The notes under the pieces were generated by a model. That model had not been told where the DNA came from. It was given only the letters and a program-made list of their open reading frames with translations, and made no database searches. Positions 43,094 through 54,100 of a DNA stretch of 64,000 nucleotides are shown here, one piece after another. The position numbers and the translations under genes were made by a program. The DNA lies in the NCBI GenBank assembly GCA_002071485.1, contig MWFF01000197.1:31424-95423 (forward strand), given 5' to 3'. Within the stretch, counting starts at the first letter, position 1; every line of letters starts with the position of its first letter. The stretch comes from Verrucomicrobia bacterium ADurb.Bin006. Lineage in GTDB: Bacteria; Verrucomicrobiota; Verrucomicrobiia; Limisphaerales; J093.

Positions 43094-46000
43094 TCATGGA
43101 AAGAGCCTCGTCGGACTCGGCCCTCGAAGACTCGTCTCCGGCCGTAATCTCACGTCCAGGTAAACGGAGTGTCGCCCGTACATTTCGAAGAACGGACGGA
43201 ACATAACGCCGCCGATGTCGAACCGGAGCGTCCGCGGATTGCCGGTGATGGATTTGCCGATGTCGGCGGCGTCGAGGACGACGGGCCGCCAGTCGGAGCG
43301 GGGTCCGGATTCCTCGGCTGCGAGCAGGATGGGGCCGTAGAAGAGGCTGGCGATGTTGGGTTGATCCATGACACGGCTGAGGTGGAATGGGAACGGCGCG
43401 TGCAGTTCGATGGTGTCCTTGTCCTTCCAGTCACGGCCCAGATTCAGGTAGCTGCCCGGGATGGCGTTGACCTGTTTGGACTGGCCGTTGATGCAGACAT
43501 GAAATCCGCGGGTTGCCCAGCGCGGCACGCGGACCTTGAGATCGAAGGCGCCGTTGCCTGCGAGGACGAGCCGGGTGGTTTCCTCGAAGGGGTAGCTGGT
43601 GCGCTGAGTGAGGGTGAGATTGCGCTCCGTCCATCGGAGGGTCGAGGGGATGAACAAATTGACGAAAAGCGTCTGGTGATCGGCGCCGTGGAAATAGATC
43701 GAATCCTGGAGTTTGGTCGCGCTTTCGAGGGCGGTGCCGTTGCAGCAGGTGAAGCCGTCCATGCCGCCGTTGCCGAACTGCTTGCGTGCTGCCGGGTTGA
43801 GGGGGACGTGGTACGTGTTGGCGGAGTCTTCGGCGGCGACGGAGGCGAGGATATGGTTGTAGAGAGCCTGCTCGTAGTAATCCATGTAACGGGCGTCAGG
43901 GTCGTACATGAAGAGCTGTCGACTCAGCTTGAGCAGGTTGTACGTGGCGCAGGTTTCGTTCTGGCCGCCGCGGTTGAATCCATTGGCGAAGAGCGAGTCG
44001 GGTTCGGCGGTAAAGCACTCGGCGTTGTTCGGGTTGCAGGCGCCGGCGACGCCGCCGATGCTGTACATGTAACCGCCGGTGCAGATACCCCAGAAATGTT
44101 CCGCGACACTGAGGTAAGGACGCTCGCCCGTGTTGCGATAGATTTCGAGCGCGCCGGTGATTTGGGGGATGTGTTGGTTGGCGTGGCGTCCGCGCAGCGT
44201 GTCGACGTTCCGGGCCAGCCCATGGGTGTGATCGGCGTCGCCGAAGAAGAAGTTGCTGTTGTCGAAAAGGCGGGCGCAGTCAAGGAAGCGCACGTCTCCG
44301 GTCAGGCGGAAGAGGCGGGCCATGACTTCGTTCATCCCGCCGTACTCGCCGGCGATGTAGCGATTCCACATGCGAATGCGAATGGCGGGCGGGACGGCTT
44401 GGAGGCGCTGCTGCACCCAGAGGCCCATGCCTCGTGCGATCTCGAGGGCCTTTTGGTTTCGAGTCACTTCGTAGCAGTCGAGGCATCCGGCGAGGATTTT
44501 GTGGAGCGTGTAGTAGGGGGCCCAGACCTGGTGGTTGCCGTCCCCGTAGCTCGCCCCCTGTTCGAGCATGATGAACTGGTCGGGCGGATAGGCGCTGATG
44601 AAGCCCAGTCCCCAATTCCAGTAGTCCGTGCGGATGCCTTCGCTGGTCAGGTTGGAGTTGTAGTTTGTGACTCCGGGCCCGGGCGGCACGGCGGTGGGAT
44701 CGGCGTTGCAGGGGCCGGCTTCTCGGGTCGGGCGGCCTGACTTTTGAGACAGGTCGTACAGGGTGTCGATGAGATAGGTCAGCTTCGACAAGAAATTGGT
44801 TTGCAGCGCCGGATCGTAGCCGGTGCTGGCACAGGCCTGAGCGATGGCGGACAGGTAATGGCCGCTGGCATGGCCGCGCAAGCGGCTTGTTTGGGAATCC
44901 CAAACGCCCAGCGGTTGGGCAGTCTCGGGTTGGGGTTGTCCAAAGGCGTCGCGGAACATGTAGAGGAACCGGTCAGGATCGGTCTGGGCCAGCCCCTGGA
45001 TGAACTTGTTGCGGTGTCGGATGAACGGGGTCTCGCGCTGCTGTTCGTCGCGGTCGAGGCTCACCCGGTCCAGCGGAAACGCTTCGACCCCGCGGGTCGG
45101 AGCGGGCGAATCACTCGAGGCGGGTTTCACCGTGACGACGGCCTTGGGCTCGATCGTGGTCCCGGCGACGCGTCCGGTGACGGTGAACGTGCCCGGTTCG
45201 AGGACGGACTGATTGTTGGTGGGAGACGGCCAGATGACGCGGACCACGGTTCCCGTGGTTCCGTCCCTGAATTGACCGGCGATGTTCCGGGGCAGCCGGG
45301 GCAGGGTGCCTGTGATGGTCTCGATCGAGATGGGCGGAACGGCAAGCAATTCGCTGCCGGACCACGGCGGCGCAGAAGTTGCCTCAGCCTGTTTGGAGGC
45401 GGTGGCGGGCTGGCTGGACGCGGCTGTCGTCTCGTCCGACAGCGCATTGTTGCCGATCGTTGCGGTCTGCTGGTCTGTCGGGGCGGTCTTGATCCAGACT
45501 TGTGATTCAGCGCGGCGTCGGGAGGAGGCTGTGTCGGGCCGATTGTCGCGGGCATAATAGGGGATGGCCAGCAGGGGCGAGCCGTCGTCCCAGGTGCCTT
45601 TGATGACCTTGACCCCGTGCAGGAAATCGCCGCGCCACTCGGTGGCGAGGGGTTGGGGGCCGATTGCGCCGGTGATGACCGGTTGATCCGCGCGCTCGAC
45701 GCAGTAGATGAGGGGGCCGTAGCGCAGAGCTGTGAAACCGCGATTGGCGAAGACCCGTTCGTCCGACACGATACGCTGCACCTCCATCGGCAGTTCGAGT
45801 TCGATGGTGTCGGCGGCTTTCCATGCGCGTTTCACCACGGCGTAGCCTTTCTCGATCCGCGGGCTTGCGGGCTGCCCATTGAGGAAGAAGGATTTGAGGC
45901 CCCTGACGGCCGGTGTGTTGGTGTAAAGCGCGCTGGTCTGGCGATCGGGAACGCGCACATGGATTGCGAACGTGGCGGGTTCCCTGGGGTTGACGGTGAG

Positions 46001-48169
46001 GGCGACCTTGCCGTCCCAGGGATAATCGGTCTTCTGAACGATCTCGACATCGGTGCCTGCCACGCGTTCGAGGGTGATGGTGCCGCCGATGAATAGGTTG
46101 ACATGGATGGCGTCGGCGGTCTTGAGGTAGGTCCAGGTTGGGATCATCAGGAGCGTGCGGGGGATATTGCCGACGCAACAGGGGCAGGCGTGCCAGGGCG
46201 TACGGCGTCCACCGATGAGCGGGTTGGTGTAATTGAAGGTTTTGCCTTCGAGGTCCACGGCGCCGAGGAGGGCGTTGTAGATCGTCTCCTCGTAGAGATC
46301 GGCGTACCTGGCGTCGTGGTAGGCGAGGTTGAGCTTGTGTTGGAAGAAGATCAGGCCGCAACTCGAACAGGACTCGCAATAGGCGCTGTGGGGCAGCGAG
46401 TAGTCGGGGCCGAAACCTTCCGAAGTCTCGCCGCTGCCGATGCCGCCGGTGACGTAGTACTTCCGGTTCACCATGTTGTCCCAGAGCGAGAGCACGGCGC
46501 TCTGGTAATCGACATCGGCCGTTTCGGCGGCCACATCCGCCATGCCCGAGTAGCTGTAGACGGCGCGCACGGCATGGCCGACGGCTTCGTATTGGCGTTG
46601 GACGGGGAGATGGCTCTGGTCGTATTCGCTGCCGTTGTTGCGGCAATCGAGCAGGAATTTGGCGAGTTTTATGTAAGCGTCGCCGCGTCCATTGCCCTCG
46701 ACGTCATTGACGAAGCGTCCGAAGCGCACGAGGGCCTGTTCCATTTCCTGATGGCCGTCGTACCAGTCCTTCTTGCCCGGCCCAATGTTTGCCACCCAGC
46801 AGTCGGCCAACCGTTTGGCGGCGTCGTAGAGACGGAGGTCCTTGCCCTCGGTGAGTGTGTGGTGATTGATGGCGGACTCGATGAAGTAGCCGGCGACGTA
46901 ACCCTCGTGATCTCCGCGATTGCGGGGGCTCCAGCGTTCCGGCCAGGCACTGCGGTCCGCCAGGGTGTAGGCAGTTTGCAGGTAACCGTCGGGCTCTTGC
47001 GCCGCGAGAATCTTGGGAATCCAATCCTCGAGGGTAGCGCGCATGGCCTGTTGCGCCTCGATGACGTCGTAATCCCCTTGCGGATCGACCATGAGGGCGA
47101 TGCAGATCGATTCCACCGTCTGATGCACCCATGCGTTGGCGAAGACGTAGCCTTTGTGGGGGGCGTGGGCCTCGCCGCGCAAGGCCTTGGCGGCCTCGAC
47201 GAAATTGTCGATGCCGCCCTGGCCCTGGGTGAGGTTCGTGCGGTTGATGTAATCGATACAATGGGGAATCCAATTGACGATGAGCGATCTGGCCCTCGAG
47301 TTCCAGAGGGGGCTGTCGATCTTGTAGCGCTTGGTATGGACGACGTCCAATCGGTGCGTTGGCGGCGGCGGTTCGACCCTGACCTTGAGAGTGGCGGAGG
47401 CGCTCGCTCCGCCCTCGTCGGCGGTGAGTGCGAGAACGTAATCGCCGGGCTGATCGAATCCGGCGGCGGTGTCGGCGGCGTTGGGATTCGCGAAGGTCAC
47501 GCGGCCGGGTCCGGCTTGCTTGGTCCAGGTCAGCGTGAGCGGGGTGTCAGCCGGCTTCAGCGACTGGACCTGTCCGCTCAGGTAGGTTTGGCCGCCGAGA
47601 ACCGTCGTCCGATCCACACCCGCCGCCACCCGGGGCGGAAAACGCGGCGACCGTCCGGAATCGAGGACGCGCCATTCGATGATGCCTGTCGAGAACTCGC
47701 CGTCGCCGTCCATCTCGAGCCGCAGCTTCGATGTGGTGATTTCGTCGAATGTGGTGACGTTGAACCGGTTGGCTTCGATGTCGAGGCCGGTGGGATTCGG
47801 GACGGGTATGAAGTCCTTCCCATCCCAGTATTTCACTCGCGAGGCTTTGGGCAGGCGCACGCCCCTGGCGTCGTCCCACCAATAGACTTCGATCCGCGCG
47901 GTGCTGATGGGCTGGGTCCAATCGTATTGCACCCATTGTGTTCCCTGACGCGGCCAGTTGCCATACGTACCGCGACGATCGTCGCGTGAACTGCGTGGGC
48001 TGACGCCATCGTTCAGGGCCGACGTGCGGGTGTCGCCCGAGACATAGGAACAGGTGGGTGTCGCAACAACGGCGAGGTTGACGTCGGATGCGGGCGAAGC
48101 GGCGGATCGCCCGGTCGCATGGCTCGAACAAAGAACCGCGGTCGTCGCAATCAGGAGATGGAGTCGCAT
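43094..48169 (-). CDS. Tandem beta-L-arabinofuranosidase-like enzyme: discoidin-like N-domain + GH127 (DUF1680) + Ig-like linkers + second GH127/GH146-like domain (1691 aa)
   Basis: Signal MRLHLLIATTAVLCSSHATG. N-domain ...WVQYDWTQPISTARIEVYWWDD. First catalytic module ...GHQEMEQALVRFG...YVTGGIGSGETSEGFG...YCESCSSCGLIFF...WHACPCCVGNIPRTLL (Cys-rich GH127 zinc-site pattern). Second module ...LRGHASGHYLSAIAQ...VWAPYYTLHKILAGCLD...ETCATYNLLKLSRQLF...GFTCCNGTALES. Confidence 0.82.
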   Translation of the reverse strand: MRLHLLIATTAVLCSSHATGRSAASPASDVNLAVVATPTCSYVSGDTRTSALNDGVSPRSSRDDRRGTYGNWPRQGTQWVQYDWTQPISTARIEVYWWDDARGVRLPKASRVKYWDGKDFIPVPNPTGLDIEANRFNVTTFDEITTSKLRLEMDGDGEFSTGIIEWRVLDSGRSPRFPPRVAAGVDRTTVLGGQTYLSGQVQSLKPADTPLTLTWTKQAGPGRVTFANPNAADTAAGFDQPGDYVLALTADEGGASASATLKVRVEPPPPTHRLDVVHTKRYKIDSPLWNSRARSLIVNWIPHCIDYINRTNLTQGQGGIDNFVEAAKALRGEAHAPHKGYVFANAWVHQTVESICIALMVDPQGDYDVIEAQQAMRATLEDWIPKILAAQEPDGYLQTAYTLADRSAWPERWSPRNRGDHEGYVAGYFIESAINHHTLTEGKDLRLYDAAKRLADCWVANIGPGKKDWYDGHQEMEQALVRFGRFVNDVEGNGRGDAYIKLAKFLLDCRNNGSEYDQSHLPVQRQYEAVGHAVRAVYSYSGMADVAAETADVDYQSAVLSLWDNMVNRKYYVTGGIGSGETSEGFGPDYSLPHSAYCESCSSCGLIFFQHKLNLAYHDARYADLYEETIYNALLGAVDLEGKTFNYTNPLIGGRRTPWHACPCCVGNIPRTLLMIPTWTYLKTADAIHVNLFIGGTITLERVAGTDVEIVQKTDYPWDGKVALTVNPREPATFAIHVRVPDRQTSALYTNTPAVRGLKSFFLNGQPASPRIEKGYAVVKRAWKAADTIELELPMEVQRIVSDERVFANRGFTALRYGPLIYCVERADQPVITGAIGPQPLATEWRGDFLHGVKVIKGTWDDGSPLLAIPYYARDNRPDTASSRRRAESQVWIKTAPTDQQTATIGNNALSDETTAASSQPATASKQAEATSAPPWSGSELLAVPPISIETITGTLPRLPRNIAGQFRDGTTGTVVRVIWPSPTNNQSVLEPGTFTVTGRVAGTTIEPKAVVTVKPASSDSPAPTRGVEAFPLDRVSLDRDEQQRETPFIRHRNKFIQGLAQTDPDRFLYMFRDAFGQPQPETAQPLGVWDSQTSRLRGHASGHYLSAIAQACASTGYDPALQTNFLSKLTYLIDTLYDLSQKSGRPTREAGPCNADPTAVPPGPGVTNYNSNLTSEGIRTDYWNWGLGFISAYPPDQFIMLEQGASYGDGNHQVWAPYYTLHKILAGCLDCYEVTRNQKALEIARGMGLWVQQRLQAVPPAIRIRMWNRYIAGEYGGMNEVMARLFRLTGDVRFLDCARLFDNSNFFFGDADHTHGLARNVDTLRGRHANQHIPQITGALEIYRNTGERPYLSVAEHFWGICTGGYMYSIGGVAGACNPNNAECFTAEPDSLFANGFNRGGQNETCATYNLLKLSRQLFMYDPDARYMDYYEQALYNHILASVAAEDSANTYHVPLNPAARKQFGNGGMDGFTCCNGTALESATKLQDSIYFHGADHQTLFVNLFIPSTLRWTERNLTLTQRTSYPFEETTRLVLAGNGAFDLKVRVPRWATRGFHVCINGQSKQVNAIPGSYLNLGRDWKDKDTIELHAPFPFHLSRVMDQPNIASLFYGPILLAAEESGPRSDWRPVVLDAADIGKSITGNPRTLRFDIGGVMFRPFFEMYGRHSVYLDVRLRPETSLRGPSPTRLFP

Positions 48170-48277
48170 GGGAGGACTGAATCAATTGGCCGGAGCGATG
48201 TCCAGTGAAGATTGATTGTGGCAGCACTTCCTCCTTTTCGCGGACGGGCGGGGGCGCATAATGGCGGCAGCCAAGTC

Positions 48278-49480
48278 ATGACATCACAGGTGCCTCGCGC
48301 TGAATTGGACGACCGGATGCAGCGGTTTCGGTCTCGGATGGAGGCGATTTGCCCCGACTGGGAACTGGCGGCGTTTTTGGGACGCGTCAACCAGTACTAC
48401 CTGACCGGCACGATGCAGGACGGCTTATTGCTGGTCCCGCGCGATGGAGACGCGGTGTTCTGGGTGCGTCGGAGCCTGGAACGTGCCTGTGCGGAATCGC
48501 TGTTTCCGGACATGCGCCCGATGCGGAGTTTCCGGGATGCGGCACAAGGAATGAAGCCGGCGCGAGGGCGGCGCACCATTCACATCGAGGCCGATCTGGT
48601 GCCGTACGGACTTGTGGAACGCTTTCGGAAGCACTTTCCATGCGATGAACTCGGCTCGCTCGAGCCGGTGATTGGGCGGGTGCGATCCGTCAAGAGCCCG
48701 TACGAACTGGAGATCATCGAGCGGGCCGGGGCGATTCACCGTCGGGCTATGGAAGACAAGGTGCCGGGGTTGCTGCGCGAGGGCATGAGCGAGGCCGAGT
48801 TCGCCTGCGATTTGTACAGGCTCATGGTGAGCGAAGGGCATGAGGGCACAGTGCGCTTCGCGATGTTCAATGTGGACATTGCGGTGGGGCAGCTCGGGTT
48901 CGGGGAAAATTCGCTCTATCCCACCAGTTTTAATGGCCCGGGTGGATGCCGCGGAGTGGGGCCCGCCGCGCCGGTGCTCGGAAGCCGCGACCGGCGCTTG
49001 AGGGTGGGCGATCTTGTGTTTGTCGATCTGGGCTGCAGCGTCGAGGGATATGCGACGGACAAGACGATGATCTATGCGTTCGGGCGCCCGCTGCCTCGAG
49101 AGGCAAGCGCCTCTCACGCGCGGTGCGTCGAAATCCAGGGCCGCATCGCTGCGTCACTGAAGCCCGGGGCGATCCCATCCACGATCTACAGCACTGTGAT
49201 GGAGAGTCTGGACCCCGGGTTCCTCGAGCATTTCATGGGGTTCGGGAGTCGTCGGGCGGAGTTTCTCGGACATGGAGTAGGGTTGCAGATCGACGAGCCG
49301 CCGGTGATTGCGGAGGGGTTCGATGAGCCATTGATCGAGGGGATGGTGCTGGCGGTCGAACCGAAGCGAGGGGTGCCCGGTGTTGGCATGGTCGGGACAG
49401 AGAACACCTATCTGGTCACGGCCGAGGGCGGTCGGAGCCTGACGGGGACGTGTGCGGGACCGATCCTGATCGATGCCTGA
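48278..49480 (+). CDS. M24-family Xaa-Pro aminopeptidase/dipeptidase
   Basis: Creatinase/prolidase N-domain followed by the pita-bread core: VKSPYELEIIERAGAIH...VGDLVFVDLGCSVEGYATDKTM...GHGVGLQIDEPPVI...GMVLAVEP...ENTYLVT. I place the start at ATG 48278 (MTSQVPRAELDDRMQRF). Confidence 0.85.
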   Translation: MTSQVPRAELDDRMQRFRSRMEAICPDWELAAFLGRVNQYYLTGTMQDGLLLVPRDGDAVFWVRRSLERACAESLFPDMRPMRSFRDAAQGMKPARGRRTIHIEADLVPYGLVERFRKHFPCDELGSLEPVIGRVRSVKSPYELEIIERAGAIHRRAMEDKVPGLLREGMSEAEFACDLYRLMVSEGHEGTVRFAMFNVDIAVGQLGFGENSLYPTSFNGPGGCRGVGPAAPVLGSRDRRLRVGDLVFVDLGCSVEGYATDKTMIYAFGRPLPREASASHARCVEIQGRIAASLKPGAIPSTIYSTVMESLDPGFLEHFMGFGSRRAEFLGHGVGLQIDEPPVIAEGFDEPLIEGMVLAVEPKRGVPGVGMVGTENTYLVTAEGGRSLTGTCAGPILIDA

Positions 49481-49623
49481 TCGACGCGTCGCCGGTACCA
49501 CTGTGCGATCCCTGCCTCCACCCGCTCGGCCAACGCCGCCGGCTCGCATTTAGAGGGTCACATCTTCACATTTGACATTGTGCCGGGCAGGCTGCGCGAT
49601 CGGGCGTCCGATGGGACCTGCAT

Positions 49624-50958
49624 TCACATGCGCCAGCGATCGAACTCGGCCTTGCCCTGCATGGCAGTGGGGTAGTGTCCGTCGGGACCCGGTTTGACCG
49701 GCGGTTCGACGTCCCAGGCGTAGCGCGGCAGGGAGAAGGAGCGCTGCGATTTGAGGGCGTCGGCCCACGGGATCATTTCGCCGCTGTAGCAGGCGATTTG
49801 GGCGACGATGGCGAGGGCGCTGCTGAGGGTCATGTAGTGGCCGTTGTTGATCGGGCGCCCGGTGCGGATCGACTCGAACAGTTCCTGGTGTTCGACGTCG
49901 TACATGTTCGGGCGGGGCCCTTCGTAGCGCCACGGGTTTTCGCCCTCGATGCGGCAATCTATGACGCTGCATCGGCCTTTGGTGCCGAGGATAAGGTCCG
50001 AGGTGTCGTTGAAGCATTCGGTCTGGTCGCGGGTGAATCCGAAGACCCGGACCCCGTTTTCGTACTCGAACACGATCGCCTGGTGATCGAACTGATCGCC
50101 GAAGCACGGGTCGATGCAGGTCTGGCGTCCGCCCAGGCCCCAGGCCTTGAGCGGGGGCCGGTCGCCCAGGGCCCACGAAGCCTTGTCGAGGCTGTGGATG
50201 AGTTGTTGTGCGGTTTGGTCGCCGGAGAGCCAGTTGAAGTGGTACCAGTTCCACATCTGGTATTCGAGTTCAGTCTGGCCGGCGCGGCGGGGGCGGACGA
50301 TGTAGGGGGCGCCGAGGTAGTTTTCCTGGATGGCGACGATGTCTCCGATGGCGCCATCGTGGACGCGTTTCATGGTCTCGCGCAGGCCGGGGGCGTAGCG
50401 CCAGCAGAGGCCGGAGACGACGCTGAGTCCCTTTTGGCGTGCGGTCTCGCAGGCGGCGCGGACGGCGTGGAACCCGGGCATATCGATGCCGTGCGGTTTT
50501 TCGCAGAAGACATGCTTGCCGGCGTCGATTGCGGCCTTGAGCATAGTGGGGATGAAATGCGAAGCGGGCGTGATCAGGACGACATCGACGCCACTCGATA
50601 TGAGGTGTTGATAGGCGTCGAAACCGACAAAGCAGCGGTCGGGGGCGACGCTCACCTGGTTGGGGCGGGCGGCGCGCAGGGAGGTGAGGCACTGATCGAG
50701 CCGTTCCCGGAAGATGTCCGCCAGCGCGACCAGTTGGACATCGGGGCCGGCGTTCAAGGCGTTGAGCGCCGCCTCGGTGCCGCGTCCGCCGCAACCGATG
50801 AGGCCAATGCGGATGCGGGTGTCGGCGGCCGCATGGACACCGCGGCTCAGGGGCAAGTGGGCGAGCAGGCCGCTTGCCGTGAGCAGGGCGGAGGTGCGGA
50901 GAAAAGCCCGACGCGAAGAGTCAGGAGCCAAGGGAGACTGTGATTGAGTCATCGCCAT
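49624..50958 (-). CDS. Tat-signal Gfo/Idh/MocA-family oxidoreductase
   Basis: SSRRAFLRTSALLTASGLLA (twin-arginine). Rossmann motif IRIGLIGCGGRGTEAALNAL. EKP motif HVFCEKPHG. Confidence 0.85.
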   Translation of the reverse strand: MAMTQSQSPLAPDSSRRAFLRTSALLTASGLLAHLPLSRGVHAAADTRIRIGLIGCGGRGTEAALNALNAGPDVQLVALADIFRERLDQCLTSLRAARPNQVSVAPDRCFVGFDAYQHLISSGVDVVLITPASHFIPTMLKAAIDAGKHVFCEKPHGIDMPGFHAVRAACETARQKGLSVVSGLCWRYAPGLRETMKRVHDGAIGDIVAIQENYLGAPYIVRPRRAGQTELEYQMWNWYHFNWLSGDQTAQQLIHSLDKASWALGDRPPLKAWGLGGRQTCIDPCFGDQFDHQAIVFEYENGVRVFGFTRDQTECFNDTSDLILGTKGRCSVIDCRIEGENPWRYEGPRPNMYDVEHQELFESIRTGRPINNGHYMTLSSALAIVAQIACYSGEMIPWADALKSQRSFSLPRYAWDVEPPVKPGPDGHYPTAMQGKAEFDRWRM

Positions 50959-51144
50959 TAACTCTTAAGCCAAGCCGCGATGCCGAGGCAATCGATAAGT
51001 TGGCTGGTGCAGCGGCTTCATTGAACCTGCCTCTTTAGTCCGGATGTTTCACAAAGCTTCGCGAAGTCTGACATCCGGGCTCTGGCAAAACCGCGCCCAG
51101 AAAGGGAACCGGGAGCATTCTGTCGGTCCTGTGGGTGGTCTGCC

Positions 51145-54100
51145 ATGAAAACAGTGCGTGGCAGCCGGCTGTTGACGGACCGGCCTGGGGCGCAGCAGAG
51201 TTCGGGGGCCAGGCTGCGACCTGCGCAGCGTGATGTGAAGGCGCGTTCCCACTCGAATCCGCAACGCCAGGCCCGCCCGCCACGGGCAGGAGCTCGTTCG
51301 GCGACGGAAGCAGACGAGCGTCTCGTCGCCGCGGCGGGGGCTCTGCCGCGCCTCGATGCCGCGCCGGCGCCGATCCCGCTGGTGGTGCGGAGTCACTACT
51401 CGTTCTTGAACTCGACGCTATCTCCCGGGGCAATCGTCGATTTGGCGCGCGCCGGCGGATTTCCCGCGGTGGCGCTTTGTGACCAGGGCAATCTGCACGG
51501 CGCCGTCGAGTTCGCCATGGCGGCCAAGGCGGCGGGGGTAAAGGCGATCATCGGGGTGGAAATCCGATGCGATGCCGCTCCGCTTTGGCTCTACGTCGAG
51601 AACGCGACGGGGTATGGGAATCTGTGCCGGTTGATTTCCGACAAGGCCCAGAGTGAGGCGGCCGCGCGCAAGGGGAGGGCGGAGCCGGCAGGGCGTACGC
51701 CGGGACTGGATTTCGCGGCGCGCGAGCTGGCGGCGGCGCCGAGGGACGGTCTTCTGGCCGTCTCGACCGATGCCGGGCTCGCCCGATTGTTTCCGGGTCG
51801 TTTCTACCGTGCGATTCGGACGCGCGGGGAGTTGCGCCGGCACAAGTTCGATCCCGGCGGGTTGCCGGTCGTGCCGGTCTTTCCGGTCCACTATGCCAGG
51901 GCGGACTGTCGATGGCGGTTTGACGTGGTCCAGAGCATTCGGACGCTGACGTTGCTGCGTCAGGCGCATCCGGCGAAGGTGCTCGATAGCAAATGGTCTT
52001 TCCGCGCCGCGGACGAACTGGCCGCTCTGTTTGGGCGGTATCCGGAACTGGCGGCGGCGACGCGGGAGTTGGCTGATCGCTGCGATTTTGTCTTTCGATT
52101 CGGCCAGCCGCAGTTTCCCGACTTTCGCCCGCCCGACGGTTCGACCCCGCGCCAGTTTCTGCGGCACTTGGTATTGCGGGGATTGGAGGCGCGGTATGGA
52201 GCGGGGCGGGCGGGGCGGCTGATGGGGCAGGTCGAGGAGGAGTTGGCGATGATCGGCACGGTGGGCTATGAGGAGTACTTCCTGGTTGTGTGGGATTTGC
52301 TGAGGTCGTGTCGGGAGCGGGGAATTGACTGGATCACGCGGGGCAGCGCGGCCGATTCCCTGGTCTGCTACTGTCTGGGCATCAGCGGGGTCTGTCCGAT
52401 CCGATTCGATCTCTATTTTCGGCGTTTCCTGAACGCCGAGCGCATGGCGATGCACAAGCTCCCCGACATCGACATCGATTTCCCCCATGACCGCAAGGAC
52501 GACGTGGTCGATTTGCTTTTTGCCAAGTACGGTCGGGACCATTGTGCGGTCGTGGGCGGATTTTCGACATTTCGGGCGCGCAGCGCGTTTGCGGAGGTGG
52601 CGAAGGTGTTCGGTGTTTCGGAGCGCGACGTGCGTCGTTTCACCGAGCATTTCCCCTGGAGCATAGGCGAGGGATGGCCTGGGAGCGGGAGTCCGGACGG
52701 GGCGCGGGCGAGGGAGGCGGGCGGACGTCTCGAGTCGTTGTTGCGGGCCAGCCCGGAGTGCCGCGACCTGCCGTTGGACGAAGAGCCATTTGCCAGCGCG
52801 TTGGCGATGGCGGAGTTCCTCGATGGGGTGCCACGGCACCCGAAGATGCATCCGTGCGGCGTGGTGCTGTCACGACAGCCGATGAGCGAACTCACCGCCA
52901 CATTCGTTTCGCAGAAAGGCTATCCGACGACGCAATTCGACATGGACGCCGTCGAGGCGATCGGCTTGGTGAAGATGGACATTCTGGCCCAGGGGGGGTT
53001 GGCGGTGATGCGGGATGTGAAGGGAATGTTGCGGGAACGCGGGATAGCGACGGATTGCGAACGATTCACGCTCAACCACTCGTCAGGGGAGGCGCGTTGC
53101 GATGCGCCCGCTCCGCGCGCTTCCCTTGAAGCAGGCCCTGTTCGGAGGGCCGATCCCGTGGTTGCAGGAGAGGCTCTGATTGACGAAGTCAAGCGTATCG
53201 AGTCAGGGACTGGCGGAGATCGTCCTTCCGAGCAATCCAACACGGACCAAATGCCGTCCTCCGAGCGCTCCTGCACTGCGGATATTTCGCTTCTTTTTGA
53301 GGCTCGGCATGGCGCGAGCGCGTTCGACGATCCGGAGGTGTGGGAGTTGATTGCGGGAGGTCACGCCCGGGGTGTGCATCACATCGAGTCTCCGGCCATG
53401 ACGTCGCTGTGTCAGATGTGCAACGTGCGCGACATCGACACGCTGATTGCGATTGTGAGCGTGATCCGTCCGGGGGCGGCCAACGAAGACAAGAAACGCG
53501 AGTTCGCGCGGCGCTACCAGGGGCTGAGCGCGGTGGCGTATCCGCATCCGGCGATTGCGGACTGTTTGCGCAGCACGTTCGGCCTGGTGGTTTACGAAGA
53601 GCAAATATTGCAGATATGCGAGGCGTTTGCCGGGCTGCCCGGGGGGCGGGCGGACATGCTGCGGCGCGGGCTGGTGAAGGACGATGCGAGGGTGGTTGCC
53701 GAGATCGCGCCTGAGTTTGCCGAGGCAGCGCGGCGTTTGGGGCGGACGGAGGACGCAATCAGGCGGGTGTGGGAGTTGGTGATCGGTTTTCACGGGTACG
53801 CGTTTTGCAAGGCGCACAGCACGGCTTACGGAGTCGAGGCCTATCAGAGCGCATGGCTGAAGCGGTCTTTTCCGGCGGAGTACATGGCGGGCGTGTTGAG
53901 CAACGGAAAGGGGTTCTATCGCCCCCTGGTGTACGTGCTCGAGTGTCATCGGCTCGGCATTCCGTTGGTCGGTCCCTGGGTGAACGATCCTGGGCCGGGC
54001 TTCCGTGTGATTGAGAGGCCCGAGCCGTTGCCGGGAGCCGGCGAGCGCCCGTCAATGCCCCGGAGCGCGTCGGGACGCGCCATCCGTGTGCCGGTTGGCT

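Noticed and set aside
43169-47989. Plus-strand ORFs 43169..44740 (523 aa) and 46103..47989 (628 aa)
   Set aside because: They are antisense to the GH127-like gene and have the same shadow-ORF composition.
49675-50943. Plus-strand 422-aa ORF
   Set aside because: It is antisense to the Tat-Gfo/Idh/MocA oxidoreductase, which has GxGxxG and EKP motifs. The translation is Gly/Ala/Asp/Val-rich.
51418-52851. Minus-strand 477-aa ORF, plus several others antisense to dnaE (e.g. 53203..53949, 54052..55023)
   Set aside because: They are antisense to a gene with PHP, palm and OB-fold motifs. The translations are Arg/Pro-rich.
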